Shown here: positions 1-11,088 of the stretch, piece after piece | Layout: every line of letters starts with the position of its first letter | Position numbering within the stretch: the stretch's first letter is position 1 | Assembly: GCA_000934665.2 (NCBI GenBank) | Contig: KZ538797.1 | Coordinates: 1-46,859 of the forward strand | Reading direction: 5' to 3' | DNA from: Catajapyx aquilonaris | Taxonomy: Eukaryota | DNA: 46,859 nt | Made by a program: the position numbers and the translations under genes | Notes under the pieces: model-generated | The model's database searches: none | What the model was told of the DNA's origin: nothing | Seen by the model: the letters and a program-made list of their open reading frames with translations, nothing else

Positions 1-342
1 CCGTACGGTAATTGTGGGGGTCATACGGTAAACACCTCTCTGTACGGTGATACGGTAAAATCGCTTTTGTGTACTCAAAATAAAATTAAATAAAAATTAA
101 ATTCATCTAATAAAATTATATCCAACGTGCTTACAGTACAGGTATAGTACAGGAGCAGGATTCCGCTGTTCTCTGTCAGTTACATTCACCTGTGCCTGTG
201 CGACCTTGAACCAAAATTTTTTCGAGTAGGGCAATTCCACGCGTTACGTACAGACAATCGGAAGCTGTGTTGAGGTGTTTAGGAGTCCACCGCGGCTAGG
301 TACAGTACTTGCCGTAATAGATTAACTGTTATGAAAATCAGA

Positions 343-665
343 AGGGGAGACGGAGTGGCGCCGCGGTAACGTGCGCGCCCACGGATGTTAAGGTCCCGGG
401 TTCGATCCCAACCCGGGGACACCCGCTTCATCTCGTGCAGAGTTCTGGGGTCGTCTCTGGCTTCGTCTCGGGTGGTATATCCACAGACTAAACCACCCGG
501 GGGAGTTCACAAAAACGACCAAGCACCGTTACTGCACTGCACTTGCACATCCCCTCCTGTCATCCTGCCCGTGGGCCCGGGCGCTTCGAATATGGCACCA
601 TGTATACTTCGTCGATTGAAATAAAGGTCCGTGCAAATACCCTCTGGGTGAGCACTAACCCAACA

Positions 666-732
<67 letters not shown>
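343..732 (+). mobile_element. Full-length tRNA-derived SINE with (ATT)n tail
   Basis: A-box-like TGGCGCCGCGG, B-box GGTTCGATCCC, (ATT)n tail ~667-732; 14-bp TSD TTATGAAAATCAGA at 329-342 and 733-746; empty site in the inverted repeat copy near 2256-2269. Confidence 0.92.

Positions 733-735
<3 letters not shown>
667..735. repeat. (ATT)n microsatellite (SINE tail)
   Basis: Over 20 perfect ATT units. Confidence 0.97.
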
Positions 736-736
<1 letters not shown>

Positions 737-1959
737 GAAAATCAGATGCAGCGCAGAAATGTGAAGGTGAGGGACATCATGGAAATTTCATTCGATGGCC
801 ATCCACGCGTGTGCGATTGTCTGAAATCTCGTTACGTACCATCCGTCATTGGACATCAGTTTCTGGGGTATATGCTTCTAGACCGTGGGTATATGCAACT
901 AGGGGGAAACTCTGCGAAATCTGACAGCACAGGTTTCGAAGCTCAAGTGCATGTGGGGCAGTAGGGTGCGAGGGAACCTCATCATGCCATTAGATTGGGA
1001 GAATTCTCATTTTGAACGTGAAAATATTTGAGATATCCATCCGTTACGTACCACCCGGCATCGTTACGTACAACCTACAGAGATTTAGGGGTCGTCCAAA
1101 TACCACGTGACCGATTTTTGGCCACTTTTTGACCCCCCCCCCTCCCTCCAGTGACCGACCGTGGTATCAATTGGAACCCCCCTCCCCCCTTTTCACGTGT
1201 TTTTTTATGTCAATGTTATCAGAAAAAACGCGATCGAAATTGATAGCTCCTCAACTAAACTGTTTAAGCACGTAAAAAACATGTCTCCCCATGTTTTCGG
1301 GGTCGCTGATTTCGAATTTAGGCCCAGCATTTGACGACCACATTTTAAACAGCACATGCATACAACACATTAGTCGGATTATTTCGTTACGTAACTTACA
1401 ACCACGTCAAGTGGATACCTTTTGGTGTGGCTGTGGAAGAGGTCACACATTCATGCATACAGCAAAGTGATTGCACAGATCGATGTTGCATTTTGTGCCC
1501 TTGAATTATATGAAGACGTCATCTGTCTCTCTTCCTTTCACATATCCGGTACAGCGAATAACCAGCTGGCAATGCGCATTAGCCGAGCGGATATCACAGA
1601 GAGCACGCTTAGACTCTGGGAATAATACTGGGTTGTTGGGAATGATACTGTCACAAACTAACATGGCTAAGGAAACCATGGTCCACATGCTTCGGTTTTA
1701 GTCACTCAGATTCCAACTGCGTCAAGATATAAGAACCGCACCCCATGTCCGCTCTTTCGTGGAATTGCCAGTACACAGTATGTACGACCTTGCTATTAAC
1801 TGTCGTATCGTGCAATGGGAGTAATGGAACATCAGGAGCAATAATTCTAATAGAACAGCCTACATGATATTAAAAATAAAAATATATCCTCACCTATACA
1901 CAGGTTTCTATGAGTTTTGCTGTGGTGTAAGTACTATAACATCAATCTCAACAGTAATG

Positions 1960-2190
1960 GAATAATAATCCAGGTAGTGCTTAGACCCCTCTTGGGGTAC
2001 ATATATTTATACAACTGGAATCATTTAGCAAAGCACCCGGGCCCATGGGCAGGGATGAGTGCTGGGAGGGGATGTGCAAAGTGCAAGTGTAATACAGTTG
2101 CTTGGTCATTTCGTGAACTCCTCCGGGTGGTTCGTCGTTCGTATCAAGGAGTCCCACCTGAGAGATGAAGCCAGAGACTGCCGAACTCTG
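1960..2190 (-). mobile_element. 5'-truncated, diverged copy of the same SINE family
   Basis: Reverse complement matches the SINE core (CCACCCGGAGGAGTTCAC...CCTGCCCATGGGCCCGGG) and ends in a short ATTATT tail. Confidence 0.75.
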
Positions 2191-2991
2191 CACATAATGA
2201 AGGCCATCGAATGAAATTTCCATGATGTCCCTCACCTTGACATTTCTGCGCTGCATCTGATTTTCATAACAGTTAATCTATTACGGCAAGTACCTAAGCC
2301 GCGGTGGACTCCTAAACACCTCAACACAACTTCCGATTGTCTGTACGTAACGCGTGAAATTGCCATACTCGAATTTTTTTTTGGTTCAAGGTCGCACAGG
2401 CACAGGTGAATGTAACTGACAGAGAACAGCGGAATCCTGCTCCTGTACTGTAAGCACGTCGGATACAATAATTTTACTAGCAGGTTACCCGGAGTTGCCC
2501 GGGTATGTTGGGGTGCTGGTAAAGATAGGGGTAGCCTACATATCTGTGATAGATTAATTACCTGCTTCTTATAGCGTACAGTCGACACGGATATTCTGAT
2601 TGGATGTGTAAGAGGAGGAATGCGGATGGAGTTGGCCCAGGAAAAGACTGCACAGCCATGTGTTTTTCCCCCTGCATTTTTGNNNNNNNNNNNNNNNNNC
2701 CACTTCACACCCCCACCTCGTTCCATATGTTTGCTCTGAAGAACTTTAGAAATGTACGTACAGATGTATGATGGGAAATTTTGTTTTCAACACGGAGTAA
2801 TATTTTGCAAATACTGTATTATTTAATTGTATTCACTTTGTCTGGAAGTCTATTTTCAAATCCCACAAAATCCCGGAATTACCATACGATACGAAGTCAC
2901 GTGAGGTGGCCAATTAGCGTAATTAGTGGATGCGTTGAATTTACGGAGATTGTTTAATTTGCTGGGTATTGTGGCATAAGGGCATTTCCTA

Positions 2992-3252
2992 GGGGAGACG
3001 AAGTGGCGCTGCGGAAACGTATGCTCCCACGGATGTTAAGGTCCCGGGTTCGATCCCAGCCCGGGGTTCCCTCCCTCATCCCGTGCAGAGTTGGGTCGTC
3101 TCTGGCTTCGTTTCGGGTGGAATCTCCTCAGACTAATCCACCCGGGGGAGTTCACAAAATGTACCGTTTGAGAATTGCACTTGCACCCTGCCCGTGGGCC
3201 CGGGCGCTACGTCAAAAAGGTTCGATGCAGGGAGGTAAATAGCTAAAAAAAA
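2992..3252 (+). mobile_element. tRNA-derived SINE, same head/core, different 3' end with short A tail
   Basis: GGGGAGACGAAGTGGCGCTGCGG...GGTTCGATCCC head; core to GTGGGCCCGGGCGCT; flanking GGCATTTCC duplication. Confidence 0.85.
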
Positions 3253-3732
3253 GAGAGGCATTTCCATGGGAATGCAAATTGATTTATTGTTATTGATGTA
3301 AGTGAATTGTTGAGGTAGGAATATGCGTGTTGTGGGAGTTAGGTACATTTTCGGAAGCTGAAACATGCGGCGTTAGATTCCTTGGAAAATGTAACCCCCG
3401 ATATGCTAATTTAAGGCGGTGTAGGGGCCTTCCCCTGGATTTCTATAAGGGACAAACATCCAAACTGACGAACTTCCTTATTTATAGATATAGAGAAGAG
3501 ATACTGATATGGCAAAAATCCGAATTTTAAATTTGCAAATTCTCCACTTTAAAATCGCCATAGGACACTAGAAATGCTGCATTAGTGTATTTTAATGTTC
3601 ATGGCAATCATATAGAAGATGATATTTTTAGAGACTGTATCGTTGTTACTGAATCTGAAATTGATAACACAATGTGTCCGAAGTATTGTAATGGTTTCCC
3701 GCATTGTCTTGCCCTATTTGAAGGTCTCTTAA

Positions 3733-5079
3733 CCCTTTGATGACGGAGTTTTTGAAGGATTGCATTACCCGAGGGCCTGAGTTTTTTTCCCCCCTTTTCC
3801 GGAAATTTTATGACCTCGCCGATTTTCTTGAAATTCGGTGCATTGGTAGCCCACCCCAAGGGATGAAAAACGCACCTATAGTTACCTGATCAAAATGACC
3901 TCGTGACCCAATTTTGAGGGGGGCAAGGTCAAATTTCGACCTCACCGGATTTTCTTCAAATTCGGTGCATTGGTAGCCCACACCAAGGGATGAAAAACGC
4001 ACATATAGTTACCTGATAAAAATGACCTCGTGACCCAATTTTGAGGGGGGCAGAGGTCAAATCATAAAATTTCGACCTCACTGATTTTCTTGAGATTCGG
4101 TGCATTGGTAGCCCACCCCAAGGGATGAAAAATGCACATATAGTTACCTGATCAAAATGACCTCGTGACCCAATTCTGATGAGGGCAGAGGTCAAATTCC
4201 AACCTCACCGATTTTCTTGAAATTCGGGGGTTATACCAAGGTTATACACACTTACATTTTTTGCGTACACGCTACTACCCGTCTTAGTGAATCACAAGGG
4301 AGACTTTGCAAGTGCCAGTCACAAATTTTCTTGAAATTCGGCGCATTGACATAGGTCCCCTCCAATATGGGTCACAGGGTCATGTCGAGCAGGGAACTAT
4401 AAGTGGGTTTGTCATCCCTTGGTGTGGGCTACTAATGCACCGAATTTGAAGATAATCGGCGAGGTCGGAATTTTATGATTTGACGTCTGCCCCACTCAAA
4501 ATTGGGTCACAGGGTCACTTTCATCATGTCACTATAGGTGCGTTTTTCATCCCTTGGGGTGGGCTACCAATGCACCGAATTTCAAGAAAATCGGTGATGT
4601 CGAAATTTGACCTCTTCCCCCCTCCAATATGGGTCACAGGGTCATTTCGAGCAGGGAACTATATGTGCGTTTGTCATACCTTGGTGTGGGCTACCAATGG
4701 ACCGAATTTGAAGAAAATCGGTGAGGTCGAAATTTTATGATTTGACCTCTGCCCCCCTCAAAATTGGGTCACGAGGTCATTGTGATCAGGTCACTATAGG
4801 TGCGTTTTTAATCCCTTGGGGTGGGCTACCAATGCACCGAATTTCAAGAAAATCGGTGAGGTCGAAATTTTATGATTTGACCTCTGCCCCCCTCAAAATT
4901 GGGTCACGAGGTCATTTTGATCAGGTAACTATAGGTGCGTTTTTCATCCCTTGAGGTGGGCTACCAATGCAGCGAATTTCAAGAAAATCGGTGAGGTTGA
5001 AATTTTTTGCGTTGAAAAATGATCCAAGTTGGCAGGGCAAATCTTCGGACATCATATGATGCCCGTAGGCAGCAAAGGG
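3733..5079. mobile_element. Non-autonomous piggyBac-like element with two inverted arrays of ~120-135 bp tandem repeats
   Basis: TTAA|CCCTTTG at 3729 and CAAAGGG|TTAA ending 5083; units containing AAATTCGGTGCATTGGTAGCCCAC occur ~3 times (3810-4228) and ~5 times inverted (4350-5005). Confidence 0.7.
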
Positions 5080-5499
5080 TTAACCTGAGGTGTAATCTAT
5101 GACCGTGGGTGTAACCAACAACTCAACAACTTGCACTTGCTTACATGCTACAGAAAACAAACTACTGGCTTGCTGACTTATTGTGAATCTTTAGGGCTAA
5201 ATGGACTTGGCCAGTCGAGAGAGCAGAAAAATGCTACTTACATTTACAGTTAGTGGTACAGTACAAATAACTCAAAACAGCCATATTTGGACAAGGTGGA
5301 TTTCACTTGTTTCCCCATTCTCCAACTACAGTATAATCTGAAGGTGTAAGGTCAAGACTGTGTAGTATGGTGGTGAAAGAAGAGTCAGGGGGAACATCAG
5401 TGGTGCATAACCTTTATGATGGGAGACACTCAATCCATTTTCCCCAGGTATTGTACAGAACTACAGTGTGTTTCTAACTAGTCCAGCCAACGGCCATCA

Positions 5500-6460
5500 G
5501 TGTATTCCTAGGGCCAAAACAAGTTGAAAATGTAGGGGGGAGAAATGTTGAGGAACCAACCGTTAATGAGGTAGACGACCAGAAACATTGGACGGTGGTT
5601 GCCGAAGGTGTAGGATATAACAACAAAACAACAACAACACCACCACCACCACCACCACATTTCCCCATAAGGGGTAGTCACCGATGAAGGGAGACTCAAG
5701 TTAACTTCACATTTGAACTAAATTAAAACTTGTCAAAATAAAACTATAAACTACCTGTCCCACCCCCCACCCCTGGCCATCTCCAGACAACGGACAGGGT
5801 GGCAGGTACCCCGAGCCACCATGTGCCACCAGAAGGATCGTGTCCGGCCACTCTGACACCCTGGCCGCCCAGTGTACTTCACTCCCGCCCTAAGTGCCGA
5901 AGGCATGCAGGCCCTACTCCACCGCATTACCGAGCATTGGGACTCTCCCCACCCGCAGATCCCGCGGTCGCCTGGTGTGTGTAACTGTCTGCGTGAATGC
6001 GCTCCTGTCATCTCCTGTGTACCTCCATCCTCCTCCATTACTCAACCCCATTAATCAACCTACTCCATTTACACCTGTCTACACAAACAACCTTAGCCTC
6101 AGCCACGTCCATGGTCCTATTGACACATGAACATCGAGGCTTAACACTAGCAACACAACTGGTCCAACCAGGTCTTCCTAGACCTACCCTTGCCCCTCTT
6201 GCCAACGACTCCACCCATATAAACCTTCTTCACAATCTCCTCCTCCTTCATCCTCTCCACAATCATGGCCTAATCACCTTAGTGTATGCATTATCAGCCT
6301 CGTTGCAGGATATTCATGCTCATATCCTACTCCTTCGGCAACCACTGACCAATGTTTCTGGTCAAGGTCATTTTAACAGTTGCTCCTCGACGTTTCTCCC
6401 CGGCCTACATTTTCGACTTCTTTTGACTCAAGGAATACGCTGACGGCCATTGGCTGGAAT
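5500..6460. repeat. Inverted pair of diverged repeat fragments (~5500-5620 and ~6320-6460)
   Basis: GACCAGAAACATTGGACGGTGGTTGCCGAAGG versus CCTTCGGCAACCACTGACCAATGTTTCTGGTC-like sequence. Confidence 0.6.
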
Positions 6461-6863
6461 GTGTTCTACAGTAACTAGCAATGTTTCAAAACATGACTGG
6501 GTCTGTTACGGGAGGTTTCACTGTATTTGAAAGTAGCTACATGTTCAGGTGCATTATAGTCTGCAATGTACTCTAGGGCTGAAATGTCATTACTGCACAT
6601 TACGTGAATTATAATACCTTCAATATAATTTGCCATCATTATGCTGCTAAGCCTCTCACTTGCATTTAATATGGACTTTTGATATCCATGATGTAAATCA
6701 GATGGAGAATTTGTCACGCTACAGTACAATAATTTCTGGCACACCAGAGCTCATTTCATGTTTTTTATTATTAACTTCTGGCACAGAATGCACCAGTTTT
6801 AAAACTGCTAAATCATTCCACAAATTAAATTACTTCCAGTCACATTTTAAAGGAATAAACCAA

Positions 6864-7676
6864 TCATGAACTTCCTTCTCTGAGCACTTCCAACACATGC
6901 CCGGCCCTCTTCTTAGCTTGAGTGATACATTCAAACAGCTGCTGGTCACTAATGGGGCATCCACCTTGCTTCTCCACACAACAGACTTTGCTCTTAACAG
7001 TTGCCACCGTGATCAACCCTGATGCCGTCTGCTCTTCCTCTGCCGTTGGATCAGCCATCAACATACCGTCTACAATTGCATACGTGGATGCTACTGGCCA
7101 CTTCCCAACAGCCACCTTACTTCTCTCTGGGAGCACCTTGATATCTCCAGAAGCCAACTCATACTCAACCTGGGGAAGCTCAAGATGGTTCAGGGCAGCT
7201 ACTAGAGCAGTTACACAAGCATCGACAACAGAACCATCATAATCAGTGCAAACAATATCACAGTAAAGGCACCAGGCAAGCTTCCCCGGGTGAATGCACA
7301 GCACGGAGGTATCAATGTAGCCCGAGCTGTTGACAATGTCCAAGACCAGCTGGCTCACAACCTGTGCCTTGTCGCCAGGCGGGCCAGGCTTGAACTGCTG
7401 GGAGCACATTGGGGTGAGGTCGACGTTTGGGACGAAGTATCCCCTGTTGGGCTCTTCCGCCTTGGGAGCAGCCAGTTCCAGCTTGACCCCGCACACCACT
7501 GAGGTGCTCCCTTGCCTCACAGTGCTGGAGGAATCCGCCGTGGTGATGGCCATGGTTGGCACAACCACCACTTTGCGGGCATCCATCATGCTGCGGCCAT
7601 CAGGCCGGATCTCTTGATCCAAGTGGCTGCGGTAGTACTCCACAGGGTGGATAGCCTTGTACTCAGCCGACGACAT
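6864..7676 (-). CDS. EXOSC8: Exosome complex component RRP43 (RNase PH-like), 270 aa, intronless CDS
   Basis: HPVEYYRSHL, RPDGR, ADSSSTVRQGSTSVVCGVKLEL, GKLAWCLYCDIVC..DG, DPTAEEE motifs; ATG at 7676 in AAAATG context; 60-nt GT-AG 5'UTR intron 7702-7761. Confidence 0.93.
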   Translation of the reverse strand: MSSAEYKAIHPVEYYRSHLDQEIRPDGRSMMDARKVVVVPTMAITTADSSSTVRQGSTSVVCGVKLELAAPKAEEPNRGYFVPNVDLTPMCSQQFKPGPPGDKAQVVSQLVLDIVNSSGYIDTSVLCIHPGKLAWCLYCDIVCTDYDGSVVDACVTALVAALNHLELPQVEYELASGDIKVLPERSKVAVGKWPVASTYAIVDGMLMADPTAEEEQTASGLITVATVKSKVCCVEKQGGCPISDQQLFECITQAKKRAGHVLEVLREGSS

Positions 7677-7789
7677 TTTGTAGCTGGACACCGGCAATTA
7701 CCTATGCAGATAAATAGATGAGAACAGTTTCAAATAATTGCAAAGAGAAACATGTGCTTACCTCCTCTGGCTTATTGATGGCCGACATG

Positions 7790-8130
7790 GACCGAATGCA
7801 ACGTAGCAGCTTATTGAATTTGAGTTACATCTTTTTGTAAAGTTGAGGTTCTCATGAGCTCGGAATTTTGCATTGTGTGAGATTACATGCCTCTTTGCAG
7901 GATTTTGCAGAAGATCGATGCTTTTTGGAACAGTTCCATCAACATTACACCGTGGGTTTCAGCTTCCGCCATTTTGAGTCCCTGTTCCAAAAACACGCAG
8001 TAACCTTGAAGGTGGTGTTCTTTTGCATCTCCCTTTGAAAAAAGGGCTGGTTGATTAACCCCAGTGTGTTCATATTACTTATCCAGCAACCAATGTTGGC
8101 TAACACTTGCATGTCAGCTTGACATTGACC
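7790..8130. promoter_or_regulatory. Probable bidirectional promoter between EXOSC8 and LRR ORF1
   Basis: Divergent start codons ~450 bp apart; YY1-type CCGCCATTTT at ~7966-7975. Confidence 0.5.
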
Positions 8131-9570
8131 ATGGTGCGACAAAAGCAGTGCGACACACTCTACGCAACATGTCTGCGGTGCATGTTCCAGATTCTGAAGG
8201 AGGACGCAGCCACACACAATGCAAACAAACTGGCAGTCAGCAAGTGCATTCCAAGTCGGGTGCTGCAGGATCTGATCGACATGTGTGCGGAGCAGGGGCA
8301 GTCCGTGGCACTGAAGCTGCTGGGAACGTTGGTCAACAAGAGCACCTCCAGGCTGAAGCTGGCCGAGACGCTTAATGACCAGAACAGAGATACTCTGGCA
8401 GCTATACTACGGGGCACCGAGTCACTTGAGGAGATTCAGATTAAAGTAGCATACTCCAGAGATAGTGGGCTTCATGGGCACATCAACGATGCTGTGGTTC
8501 AAAATCAGCATCTGACCAGGCTCACCATGCCGACCTATGGCAATGATGATTTGTTATGCCAATTGGCTGGGCGGAAATTAACGCACCTGGACGTGTCGGA
8601 TTCACCAAATGTGTCAGACACAGGCATAGTCGCCTTCTTCAAGAAGCCCTGCCAATTAGAGGGACTGAATCTGTCACACTGTACTGTGACACCACAGACG
8701 ATGGCTGCTGTCATATCGGCCACTGGCACATTACGTCACCTCACATATGATGACCTGTTGGAGGCGTACAACTCTACAGTTTCTGGTACTACACCACCCA
8801 AATGGCCACTTACATCGATTAAAACCCGTGTACGTATACACTGGAAGCAACATCGCGTAAATATTGATCTGCGACTTGGATGTCCAAACTTAAAATCAAT
8901 TGACGCAACCTGCGTGTATTTCTCATCGTTGGACATGTCCCGAGTACAATACCCCGACATACATGAAGTTATCCTCAGGAGTGCCATGAATCTGAATGTG
9001 GATGACTTCATTTCTCGCGGGGCATGTCTGGACCGACTTGAATTGCACTTCACGGAAGAGGATCTCCCAGTAATTGACGTCCATCATGTTATCCAGTCAT
9101 GCCCACACTTGGCTGCATTGTGTCTGACCAATGTTGATCTGGAGCTAAGTCCAGACACATTTGATGTGCTAGAACTTGAATCTCTTGCATGCCTGACTCA
9201 CATCAGCTTGATCTCAAGTCACTCGGGGGAGGTTGCCTTGCCCACTACGATTGCCATGTCCATTTTGGGTACATGCCCAAACTTGATCTCTGTTGATATG
9301 GGTTTCTGCGAGACGCTTGGAGATGATGACCTCGACAAGGCCATGCAACTTAACCAATTAGCAGCTCTGGAGGAGTTTAGTTTACGTGGTGCTGGACTTG
9401 TGACAGTACCTTGTCTATGGAGATTTGTCTACCACTGCCCCAAACTGCATCAGCTATCCATGACTGCATTAAATCCTGTGGCATTGGCTGGGTTTGAAAG
9501 AATGACGTTGGAAGCTAAGGCGAAAAATTTGGACTTGCGGATCATTTCATTATTGCAAATGTATGTGTAG
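8131..9570 (+). CDS. LRR protein 1 (F-box/LRR-type repeats, N-terminal BC-box-like motif)
   Basis: 479-aa ORF from ACCATGG; repeats LTHLDVSDSPNVSDTGI, LEGLNLSHCTVT, CPNLISVDMGFCETL; N-terminal TLYATCL and IPSRVLQDL. Confidence 0.8.
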   Translation: MVRQKQCDTLYATCLRCMFQILKEDAATHNANKLAVSKCIPSRVLQDLIDMCAEQGQSVALKLLGTLVNKSTSRLKLAETLNDQNRDTLAAILRGTESLEEIQIKVAYSRDSGLHGHINDAVVQNQHLTRLTMPTYGNDDLLCQLAGRKLTHLDVSDSPNVSDTGIVAFFKKPCQLEGLNLSHCTVTPQTMAAVISATGTLRHLTYDDLLEAYNSTVSGTTPPKWPLTSIKTRVRIHWKQHRVNIDLRLGCPNLKSIDATCVYFSSLDMSRVQYPDIHEVILRSAMNLNVDDFISRGACLDRLELHFTEEDLPVIDVHHVIQSCPHLAALCLTNVDLELSPDTFDVLELESLACLTHISLISSHSGEVALPTTIAMSILGTCPNLISVDMGFCETLGDDDLDKAMQLNQLAALEEFSLRGAGLVTVPCLWRFVYHCPKLHQLSMTALNPVALAGFERMTLEAKAKNLDLRIISLLQMYV

Positions 9571-9681
9571 CATAGTAACTAATACGAGTAGCAAATCAGT
9601 AGTTTTTCAGTACTAATGCTTCCTGCACGAATATCACCTATGATGACTTAATCTGAATTTTACACTCTATTTACAGGCAGG

Positions 9682-11088
9682 ATGTCTCCCCACATTCCGG
9701 TGTCATCCCTCCGTGATTTGTGCTTGGCATTCGTCAAGTCCCGCATATTGCGCTACATTCAACGCACTGCCCATCGCCGTCAAAAATTGCCCAATCCAGC
9801 CGACCTTGTGACCCGGCGCTTCCTTCTCACTTCTCTTCCGTCAGGCATGCTGGATGACATACTGAACTCCATCCTGTCTGACTGGGATCTTGATACTCAC
9901 TGCCGCTTACATGCACTTGACATGCTTTTGGATAATTCCACCTGTCGCATCTCCCTAGGCTCATTTAGATCCGACTACCACTCACAGGTCTTAGACACCC
10001 TGGAAGATCGTACAGGGCATGGCATGCATGAAGTCTGTTTTTCCCACATTTGGCTATCACCAGATATGTTCCCAAGAGTGGACAGGCTGTTCCAGAAATG
10101 GTCGCAACTGCAGATGTTGGTTATGCGTTATGTTGCAACAGATGCTCTCCTAAAATCTATTGCTTGCTGCTGTCAAAATTTGCACCACCTTGACGTGAGC
10201 GAATCGAAAGCCATAACATCCATTGGAGTTGACGCACTTGCGTCATCAAGCTGTTGCCAGGTCCTGCGGTACCTCAATATTGGGGTTACATCGGAGTATC
10301 TGGCACCAGAATCACTCTGCACACTCATCATGAACGCTGTGAATCTGATCAACTTCCCATTGTATCAGTATACTGGACGTGTACTAAATTTGATCATTGC
10401 CAGACAACCAGATTTTCACTCCCACTTGCTGCACTTGCGCGACTTTGGCACTGATGCATTGGTGGCATCCAGCATCAGGAGTGCATGCCCGGAACTCCAA
10501 GGAATATACCTGGACACACCTGAACAGTCTGCAATTACATTTTTTACCTTAACCTCAGTCAAGATCCATCGATTTTGCACACACTGGCTTGACCCAATTT
10601 GGACCAACCCACGACCCAACTTGACTTCCCTGGAGCTAATACGTGGAAATGGGACTCTTGATCTTTCACGAATCAACTGCCCCAACCTGTCAGTGCTTCG
10701 ATGCTCCAACATCGACTCCATCCTCTGCCCTGACGTGCCTTTCCCACACCTGACCACACTGGAAATCCGATCCTGCTCCATCGGTTACCATCAAGTCCCA
10801 CACCTGCTGAAATGTCCATTACTTGAGACCTTGATGCTGGACGTTTGTTGGAACCTGGATGACGCCGTCTTGCAAGAAGTGCTGTTTGCAGATGGTTTAA
10901 GCCACCTCAAGACAATTGTGCTGGATCCTGCCCCACACCTGACACAACAGGGTCTCCAGATGCTGATTCACTTCTGTCCTGAGCTCACCCTGGTTGGGAA
11001 CCTGGACTCCTGGAATGTGAGCTCACAGGAGGTACTGGAACTCACAGAGATCCTTGACACTGCCAATCTCAATGTTGTTCTTCTCTAG
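9682..11088 (+). CDS. LRR protein 2 (BC-box/Cul2-box-like N-terminus)
   Basis: 468-aa ORF; VSSLRDLCLAFV, LPSGMLDDIL, repeats CQNLHHLDVSESKAITSIGV, LTQQGLQMLIHFCPEL; splice acceptor TTTACAG immediately upstream. Confidence 0.82.
   Translation: MSPHIPVSSLRDLCLAFVKSRILRYIQRTAHRRQKLPNPADLVTRRFLLTSLPSGMLDDILNSILSDWDLDTHCRLHALDMLLDNSTCRISLGSFRSDYHSQVLDTLEDRTGHGMHEVCFSHIWLSPDMFPRVDRLFQKWSQLQMLVMRYVATDALLKSIACCCQNLHHLDVSESKAITSIGVDALASSSCCQVLRYLNIGVTSEYLAPESLCTLIMNAVNLINFPLYQYTGRVLNLIIARQPDFHSHLLHLRDFGTDALVASSIRSACPELQGIYLDTPEQSAITFFTLTSVKIHRFCTHWLDPIWTNPRPNLTSLELIRGNGTLDLSRINCPNLSVLRCSNIDSILCPDVPFPHLTTLEIRSCSIGYHQVPHLLKCPLLETLMLDVCWNLDDAVLQEVLFADGLSHLKTIVLDPAPHLTQQGLQMLIHFCPELTLVGNLDSWNVSSQEVLELTEILDTANLNVVLL

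Larger units (their letters stand above)
127..800. repeat. Dispersed repeat copy, interrupted by a SINE; inverted copy at ~2202-2460
   Basis: 127-342 plus 747-800 is the reverse complement of ~2202-2460, which lacks the SINE. Confidence 0.85.

Noticed and set aside
345..420. tRNA genes at the SINE heads (also 2992, 15515, ~35150-35220)
   Set aside because: A/B boxes only, no cloverleaf; followed by SINE core, tail and TSD.
543..764. Poly-isoleucine protein
   Set aside because: Translation of the (ATT)n SINE tail.
2683..2699. ORF 2232-2726 spanning the N run
   Set aside because: Crosses an assembly gap and repeat sequence.
3810..5005. CRISPR-like array
   Set aside because: Units repeat over their whole length with no unique spacers; eukaryotic context and no cas genes.
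9640..9657. C/D snoRNA (ATGATGA...CTGA)
   Set aside because: Boxes are only a few nucleotides apart, leaving no guide region.
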